Below, in pieces: positions 58,339 to 64,000 of a stretch of 64,000 nt of DNA. The notes under the pieces were generated by a model. It had not been told where the DNA came from, did no database searches, and saw nothing but the letters and a program-made list of their open reading frames with translations. The stretch covers positions 79,544 to 143,543 of the forward strand of contig CBFIGX010000005.1 in NCBI GenBank assembly GCA_965662265.1, in the 5' to 3' direction. The position numbers and the translations under genes are program-made. This DNA comes from Flavobacteriales bacterium. GTDB lineage: Bacteria; Bacteroidota; Bacteroidia; Flavobacteriales; UBA7430. Position 1 is the stretch's first letter. Every line of letters starts with the position of its first letter.

Positions 58339-58581
58339 ATGAACAAAATTATTCTGCTATTACTCGCTTGTTTTTTAAATGTAAAATTATTTGCCCAGGG
58401 ATGTTCTATGTGTAAAGCTGTTGCAGAAACTAGTGTTGCAGGCGGTAACCCTCAAGGAGCAGGATTAAATGCTGGCATATTATATATTATGGTATTTCCA
58501 TATATTCTTATTGGAATTGGATTTTACTTATGGTATAAGCATAAAAAAAAGTTGCAGGCCGAAGACAATCAAACTCTATAG
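58339..58581 (+). CDS. Small signal-peptide protein with CxxC motif and C-terminal TM anchor
   Basis: MNKIILLLLACFLNVKLFAQGCSMCKAVAETS...ILYIMVFPYILIGIGFYLWYKHKKK. It starts 4 nt after the DUF420 gene. Confidence 0.5.
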   Translation: MNKIILLLLACFLNVKLFAQGCSMCKAVAETSVAGGNPQGAGLNAGILYIMVFPYILIGIGFYLWYKHKKKLQAEDNQTL

Positions 58582-58650
58582 TATTAACAAGTATTAACAA
58601 GGGGTGTTAGTGCATATTGTTATATTTGTTAAGACCTAAATAGTAAATTC

Positions 58651-59961
58651 ATGAAATTGACAGCTTTTTTTGCTTTGTCTATGATCATAAGCAATGCTTT
58701 TGCTCAACAAATATGGACTCTAGAAGATTGCATTAATCACGCACTTAAACACAATATAACCTTAAAACAAACTGAACTAAATATAGAACTGAATGACATT
58801 CAGGTTCTTCAATCATATGCAAATTTAGCTCCGTCATGGAATCTTAATTCTTCAATTAGTGAGAATAGAGGCCGCTCAATAAATATTGTAAGCAATGAAT
58901 ACGTAGATGATATAAACAAAAGTTTTAATCTATCAACATCAATCGATATGACTCTTTTTAGTGGATTCAAAAATTGGTTTCAAATAAAAAAGTCTGCTAC
59001 AGAATTACAAAAAAGCATCTACGATTTAGAATCATCAAAAAACGATTTAATTAGCTCTATTGCCTTAAACTATTTGCAAATTTTATTCAACAAAGAGCTA
59101 TTGAGTGCATCTCAAAAACAGTTCGAGCTAAGTATGGCCCAAAAAGAAAGGATAAAACTTATGGTAGATTTAGGGTCGTTAGCCAAAGGTGAACTACTAA
59201 ACACACAATCTCAACTTGCACTAGAGGAACAGCAACTTATTCAAGCAGAAAATCAACTAAATCTCTCTAAGCTGCAACTTGCACAATTACTAGAGTTGGA
59301 CAAATTTCAAGAGTTAGACATTAAGTATTTGGATCTTGAAATTCCACAAATCCAATTAAAAGAGTCAATACAAGAAGATTACGAACTTGCATTAACTAAA
59401 CAATACAATATAAAATCAGCGAATCTGGCTGTTCAAAGTGCCAAACAAGATTATCAAATTAGCATGTCTAATTTCTACCCAACCCTTAGCTTAGGCTATT
59501 CTACAGGTACTAACTACAACAATTATAACAATCTATATAGCTTTAACGAACAATTTGAAAACAACGCAAGTTCAACAATTTCATTAAGATTAAACATACC
59601 GTTATTCAATAAATTGTATAATCATACAAGCTTAAGTCAAAGTAAAGTACAAATTGAAAATGCAAATTTAAACGCAGAATTAAGTAAGAATCAACTTCGA
59701 AAAAATATGGAACAAGCCTACTCAGACCAAATTGCTGCTTATAAAAAATATGAGGCTTCCATAAAATCTGTGCTTGCCTATAAGGAGTCTTACAATTACA
59801 TTTCTGAACGCTTTGAGCTTGGGATGGTTAACAGTTATGAGTTTAACGAATCCAAAAACAACTTGATTAAAGCTGAGTCAGAGCAATTACAAGCAAAATA
59901 CGACCTGATTTTTAAGGCTAAATTATATGAATTTTACACCAGTTTAACTTTTGAATTATGA
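58651..59961 (+). CDS. TolC-family outer membrane efflux protein
   Basis: It has a signal peptide, WTLEDCINHALKHNITLKQ, and two repeated coiled-coil/beta halves. Confidence 0.85.
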   Translation: MKLTAFFALSMIISNAFAQQIWTLEDCINHALKHNITLKQTELNIELNDIQVLQSYANLAPSWNLNSSISENRGRSINIVSNEYVDDINKSFNLSTSIDMTLFSGFKNWFQIKKSATELQKSIYDLESSKNDLISSIALNYLQILFNKELLSASQKQFELSMAQKERIKLMVDLGSLAKGELLNTQSQLALEEQQLIQAENQLNLSKLQLAQLLELDKFQELDIKYLDLEIPQIQLKESIQEDYELALTKQYNIKSANLAVQSAKQDYQISMSNFYPTLSLGYSTGTNYNNYNNLYSFNEQFENNASSTISLRLNIPLFNKLYNHTSLSQSKVQIENANLNAELSKNQLRKNMEQAYSDQIAAYKKYEASIKSVLAYKESYNYISERFELGMVNSYEFNESKNNLIKAESEQLQAKYDLIFKAKLYEFYTSLTFEL

Positions 59962-61208
59962 AAAAAAAGAATATAATAATATTAGGTGTCATACTTATTT
60001 TTACTGCTTTAATTATTGCAAAAAAAACAGGTTATCTGGGTATGGAGAAACGTATTTCTGTAGAAACAGAAATAGTATTTTTAGGTGATATCATTGAAAC
60101 AGTCCCTGCAAATGGAAAAATACAGCCTGAAATGGAAGTTAAAATCTCCCCTGATGTTTCTGGAGAGATAACTGAATTAATTGTTAAAGAAGGAGATTGG
60201 GTAAATCAAGGTGATTTATTACTCCGAATTAATCCTGAAATTTATGCTGCTAACTTAGATAGAATGGAAGCTGCATTGAACAACACAAAATCTAACTTAG
60301 CACAACAAAAATCTCAATTAAAAGATGCTGAATTAAAACATAACAGAAATATTAATTTATATGAAAAAGGTGCCATTTCATCATTAGAATTTGAAACAAG
60401 TGAAAATAATCTGGAGTTGGCTAAACTCGCTGTAGAAGCTACAATGTACAGTGTTAAAAGCTCAGAAGCCTCTCTTAAAGAAGCTGAAAATAGCCTTAAT
60501 AGAACGTCAATATATGCACCTATATCGGGTACTATCTCAAAATTAAACGTAGAACAAGGTGAGCGAGTTGTTGGTACCGCACAAATGACTGGTACAGAGT
60601 TGTTACGAATCGCAGACCTTAGTTTTATGGAAGTTGTAGTTGATGTTAGTGAAAATGATATCCTTAGAGTGAACGTTGGAGACATGGCAGATATTAATGT
60701 TGATGCGTACATGAAAGATAAATTTAAAGGGCAGGTAACAGAAATTGCTAATTCTGCCAATCTCATAGGAACATCTGCAGATCAAGTGACTAATTTTGAA
60801 GTCAAAATTAGAATCTTAGAATCCTCTTACAAAAATTTAACAAATAATAACAAACATCCTTTTAGACCTGGTATGACAGCTTCAGTAAATATAAATACTG
60901 AAATGAAAACAGGAATTAATTTACTTTCTATTCAGTCTGTAACTACAAGAAAAGATAGTAGTACAGTAAAATTGTCTGCTAAAGAAAGGCTATCTACAGA
61001 GTTGAAAAAAAGAGAAGCATTCGAGTGCGTATTTGTATACAGCAACGGAGAAGTCTTACTTAAAGAAGTGGAAACAGGTATTCAAGATGATCAAAATATT
61101 GAAATTTTATCTGGCTTAAAATTAGGTGATGAAGTTGTAAGATCTCCTTACAGCGCTGTTTCAAAGCTTCTTAAACATAAAATGAAAGTAGAGATACTTG
61201 AAGATTAA
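59958..61208 (+). CDS. Efflux transporter periplasmic adaptor subunit (HlyD/MacA-like)
   Basis: It has an N-terminal TM helix, the lipoyl-like segment ISPDVSGEITELIVKEGDWVNQGDLLLRI, a coiled-coil hairpin, and IYAPISGTISKLNVEQGE. Confidence 0.85.
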   Translation: MKKKNIIILGVILIFTALIIAKKTGYLGMEKRISVETEIVFLGDIIETVPANGKIQPEMEVKISPDVSGEITELIVKEGDWVNQGDLLLRINPEIYAANLDRMEAALNNTKSNLAQQKSQLKDAELKHNRNINLYEKGAISSLEFETSENNLELAKLAVEATMYSVKSSEASLKEAENSLNRTSIYAPISGTISKLNVEQGERVVGTAQMTGTELLRIADLSFMEVVVDVSENDILRVNVGDMADINVDAYMKDKFKGQVTEIANSANLIGTSADQVTNFEVKIRILESSYKNLTNNNKHPFRPGMTASVNINTEMKTGINLLSIQSVTTRKDSSTVKLSAKERLSTELKKREAFECVFVYSNGEVLLKEVETGIQDDQNIEILSGLKLGDEVVRSPYSAVSKLLKHKMKVEILED

Positions 61209-61252
61209 TATTCTCCTTGAAATCGTCTTACTAAGGCTTTAAACATTCATTA

Positions 61253-61942
61253 ATGGCTCTTATTTTAATTTTAGAAACTGCTACTAAAAATTGCTCAGTC
61301 GCTCTCTCTGAAATGGGTAGACTAATTGAATATCGAGATTTGAATAATGGACAATTCTCACATTCTGAGAAACTACATCTCTTTATAGAAGATGTTTTGA
61401 GTAATGCTAATAAAAAAATTGAAGATTTAGAAGCAATAGTTATTAGTAAAGGGCCAGGATCATATACTGGTTTGCGCATTGGTGTATCTGCCGCAAAAGG
61501 GTTGTGCTATGGGCTCAACATACCTTTAATTAGCATTAATACTTTAGACGTACTATGTTTAAGTTATCTCGCTTTAAATACAGTTCAATCTGATGATATA
61601 CTTATCCCAATGATTGATGCTAGACGTATGGAAGTTTACACAGGAGTTTACACCTCACAGCTATTGCCTATAGAAGCGACTCAGGCACTCATCTTAGACA
61701 ACAACTCCTTTAACTCATATAATACGATAAAAAAATATCATTTTTTTGGAGATGGTGCTTCAAAAGCTTCTGGATTATTTACAGATAGGAATGCTGTTTT
61801 TAATTCAAGTATTTATCCTAGTGCCAAAAACATCGCGAAAAAATCTTATGAATTATTTCTAAATCAAGAATTTGAAAACACAGCTTATTTCGAGCCTTTT
61901 TATCTTAAAGATTTTGTTGATGGCAATAAACATAAGCAGTGA
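61253..61942 (+). CDS. tsaB: tRNA threonylcarbamoyladenosine biosynthesis protein TsaB
   Basis: ILILETATKNCSVAL..., ISKGPGSYTGLRIGVSAAKGL. Confidence 0.85.
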   Translation: MALILILETATKNCSVALSEMGRLIEYRDLNNGQFSHSEKLHLFIEDVLSNANKKIEDLEAIVISKGPGSYTGLRIGVSAAKGLCYGLNIPLISINTLDVLCLSYLALNTVQSDDILIPMIDARRMEVYTGVYTSQLLPIEATQALILDNNSFNSYNTIKKYHFFGDGASKASGLFTDRNAVFNSSIYPSAKNIAKKSYELFLNQEFENTAYFEPFYLKDFVDGNKHKQ

Positions 61943-62016
61943 TCGCAGATTAATAAATTCTAATATTTATTTCTATACCAATTAATGAGGTAAATTTACC
62001 AGGTAAATTATCACGC

Positions 62017-63531
62017 ATGAAAAAAGTAGCCTTAATAATTTTAGACGGTTGGGGTAATGGTGATCATTCACCCTCAAATGCAATAAAAAATGCAAATACA
62101 CCATTTATCGATTCTCTTTATGAAAACTATCCTAACTCAGAGCTGAGGACAGATGGTATTTATGTAGGCCTTCCAGAAGGACAGATGGGTAACTCAGAAG
62201 TTGGACACTTAAATATTGGAGCAGGGCGAATTGTAAATCAAGATTTGGTGAAGATAGATAAAGCCATTGAAGAAGATACGTTTAAAACAAACAAAGCACT
62301 GACAAGTGCCTTTGAATATGCAAAAAAAGAGAACAAAGCTGTTCATTATATTGGTCTTCTATCTGATGGCGGAATTCACTCGCATCAAGAACACCTCTAT
62401 CATTTATGTGAACTAGCCGAAAAAAGCAATTTAAAGAAAGTATATATTCATGCATTTACAGATGGTAGAGATACAGACCCAAAAAGTGGTGAGCTATTCG
62501 TTGACCAATTAGAAAAAAAAATAAAACCACTTTCAGCACAACTTGTATCCGTAGTAGGAAGATATTTTGCCATGGATAGAGATCATCGATGGGAAAGAAT
62601 TAAGTTGGCCTATGACCTACTGGTAAATGGAATTGGGAGAAAGACTAGATCTATCAAAGATGCTATAGGTGAGTCATATAATGATAACATTACAGATGAA
62701 TTTATTAAGCCAATAGTGAAAACTGATTTAAATGGCTCTCCTATTGCTAAAATCTCAAATAAAGATGTGGTTATCTGCTTTAATTATAGGAAAGATCGTT
62801 GCAGAGAAATTACAAGAGTCCTGAGTCAAGAAAACATGGATGACTATCAGATGTGCAAGTTAGATTTAAACTACAATACTATGACTAATTACGACTCATC
62901 TTTTAAGAATGTGTCCGTATTATTTACCAAATCTAATTTAAAAAACACATTAGGAGAAGTCATTGCAAATAATCATAAAAGTCAAGTCCGAATTGCTGAA
63001 ACTGAAAAGTACCCACATGTGTCATTCTTCTTTTCTGGAGGTAGAGAATCTAATTTTAACCTTGAAACTCGAATACTTATCCCATCACCTAAAGTCTCTA
63101 CTTACGATTTAAAACCTAGTATGAGTGCTCAAAAAGTGGCAGATGCAATTATTAAAGACATGCAAAATAAACCTAAAGATTTTATTTGCTTAAACTTTGC
63201 CAATCCAGATATGGTGGGACACACTGGTGTATACGAGGCAGTAATTAAAGCAGTAGAAAAAGTTGATAATTGTGTTCATCAAGTCGTTGAAGAAGGTTTA
63301 AAAAACGACTATGCTTTTTTAATAATTGCAGATCATGGCAATGCAGACTTTATGATAAATAGTGATGGTAGTCCTAATACAGCGCATACAACCAACCATG
63401 TTCCTTGTTTTTTAATTAACACCAATTATAATCAAATTAAGGATGGTAAACTCGCAGATATTGCTCCTACGATATTAAAAATAATGGGGCTTAATATTCC
63501 ACCTGAGATGAGTGGGGATTTATTAGTCTAA
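62017..63531 (+). CDS. gpmI: 2,3-bisphosphoglycerate-independent phosphoglycerate mutase
   Basis: ALIILDGWG..., GNSEVGHLNIGAGR, LLSDGGIHSH, ADHGNA. Confidence 0.95.
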   Translation: MKKVALIILDGWGNGDHSPSNAIKNANTPFIDSLYENYPNSELRTDGIYVGLPEGQMGNSEVGHLNIGAGRIVNQDLVKIDKAIEEDTFKTNKALTSAFEYAKKENKAVHYIGLLSDGGIHSHQEHLYHLCELAEKSNLKKVYIHAFTDGRDTDPKSGELFVDQLEKKIKPLSAQLVSVVGRYFAMDRDHRWERIKLAYDLLVNGIGRKTRSIKDAIGESYNDNITDEFIKPIVKTDLNGSPIAKISNKDVVICFNYRKDRCREITRVLSQENMDDYQMCKLDLNYNTMTNYDSSFKNVSVLFTKSNLKNTLGEVIANNHKSQVRIAETEKYPHVSFFFSGGRESNFNLETRILIPSPKVSTYDLKPSMSAQKVADAIIKDMQNKPKDFICLNFANPDMVGHTGVYEAVIKAVEKVDNCVHQVVEEGLKNDYAFLIIADHGNADFMINSDGSPNTAHTTNHVPCFLINTNYNQIKDGKLADIAPTILKIMGLNIPPEMSGDLLV

Positions 63532-63575
63532 ATTTAAAGCATTTAACTTCAAAAAACATTCCCTATTTTTGAGAT

Positions 63576-63878
63576 ATGATATCTGATAAAAAACGTCTTC
63601 ATTTATTACTAGAAAAGCTCAAAAATCCTTTTGTATTTTTAGGTATGATATTTGTTTTTTGGATGCTTTTTTTTGACAGTAATTCCTATCTAAATCACAG
63701 GAGTTTATCAAAGACAATTGATCAATTAGAAAAGGATCAACAGCACTATAAAAGAGAAATACAAAAAGACTCTATTGCCTTACAAGAACTGTCTTACCCA
63801 GAAGGTCTTGAAAAGTATGCTAGGGAAAAATACTTCATGAAAAAAGAAAACGAAGAGATTTTCATCATTGTTGAATAA
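63576..63878 (+). CDS. Septum formation initiator family protein (FtsB/DivIC-like)
   Basis: It has a single TM helix followed by a coiled coil, and the tail LEKYAREKYFMKKENEEIFII is typical of this family. Confidence 0.55.
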   Translation: MISDKKRLHLLLEKLKNPFVFLGMIFVFWMLFFDSNSYLNHRSLSKTIDQLEKDQQHYKREIQKDSIALQELSYPEGLEKYAREKYFMKKENEEIFIIVE

Positions 63879-63895
63879 AGTGTCAATTGTAAATT

Positions 63896-64000
63896 ATGGA
63901 AAAGTTGTTTAAAAAATTTCATCCACTAAATCTTAAAGATTGGAATAAAAAAATTGAAAATGACTTAAAGGGGATGTCTATCGAGAATCTAAAATGGCAT
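63896..64000 (+). CDS. Start of a methylmalonyl-CoA mutase small-subunit-like protein (35 codons, truncated by the window edge)
   Basis: My translation is MEKLFKKFHPLNLKDWNKKIENDLKGMSIENLKWH.... The pattern F....W..KI..DLKG......L.W is typical of the N-terminus of the MCM beta subunit in Bacteroidota. Confidence 0.4.
   Translation, partial: MEKLFKKFHPLNLKDWNKKIENDLKGMSIENLKWH

Noticed and set aside
58651-61208. A TolC + periplasmic adaptor pair without an adjacent inner-membrane pump (MacB-type ABC or RND), which might be an incomplete or novel efflux system.
   Set aside because: Both proteins look entirely conventional. The cognate transporter is probably encoded elsewhere in the genome, and nothing in the sequence suggests novelty.
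1-64000. A search for CRISPR arrays, tRNA/rRNA genes, transposases, integrases, phage or defence-island genes.
   Set aside because: I saw no regularly spaced repeats, no tRNA-like GGTTCGAATCC/T-loop contexts in the intergenic regions, and no ORF with recombinase, transposase or known defence-system motifs. The window looks like core chromosome.

Overview
This is a 64-kb chromosomal window that looks like a low-GC, marine Flavobacteriia-type (Bacteroidota) genome. The basis is three cargo proteins with T9SS C-terminal sorting domains, Bacteroidota-typical small protein families, and AT-rich intergenic DNA with A/T-flanked hairpin terminators. I support about 65 protein-coding genes. I recognised no rRNA, tRNA, CRISPR array, transposase or integrase. 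All calls come from reading the translations and recalling family motifs; no search was run.

Most of the window is housekeeping:
- mnmE, nhaA, sucD, fabG, comM/yifB, lnt, pssA, recQ, gcvP, gpmI, tsaB
- an lptB-tatC-kdsD block and mlaEF-like genes
- kynurenine-pathway genes kmo and kynU
- a cytochrome-oxidase accessory block: cyoE, two subunit III genes, subunit IV, SCO and DUF420
- a TolC/adaptor pair

The stand-out region is 2.6-15.8 kb.
- A divergent MarR gene faces a same-strand block of PTPS (mammalian-type Cx5HGH), FolE, a hypothetical, a SOUL-MsrA fusion and a long phenylalanine-hydroxylase-like protein.
- This is followed by a translationally coupled eight-gene operon. It holds four photolyase/cryptochrome-family (CPF) paralogs plus TIGR03643/DUF2805, a flavin reductase, a pirin, and a 45-aa DUF2256 zinc-ribbon ORF that the ORF track missed.
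- One CPF paralog appears to have its domains in reversed order, with the FAD-binding domain first and an alpha/beta-like domain last.
- Another is CryPro/FeS-BCP-like but seems to lack two of the four Fe-S cysteine ligands.
- A conserved ~36-bp inverted repeat (TTTTGTATAA-N-TATACAAA) occurs in front of three units: the pterin operon, the photolyase operon, and a small-protein/CIA30 pair. A compact version, TTGTATATACAA, lies in front of the MarR gene. This suggests a previously uncharacterised regulon, possibly responsive to light or photo-oxidative stress.

Secondary points of interest:
- a Fur-family regulator with twin GCAAC-N3-GTTGC palindromes, divergent from a His-tailed lipoprotein and a Cys-rich Kazal/VWC-like T9SS protein
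- a cysteine-less SCO paralog and a small CxxC membrane protein in the oxidase-assembly block
- a roughly 1-kb gene-poor stretch containing a thioredoxin-fold gene remnant
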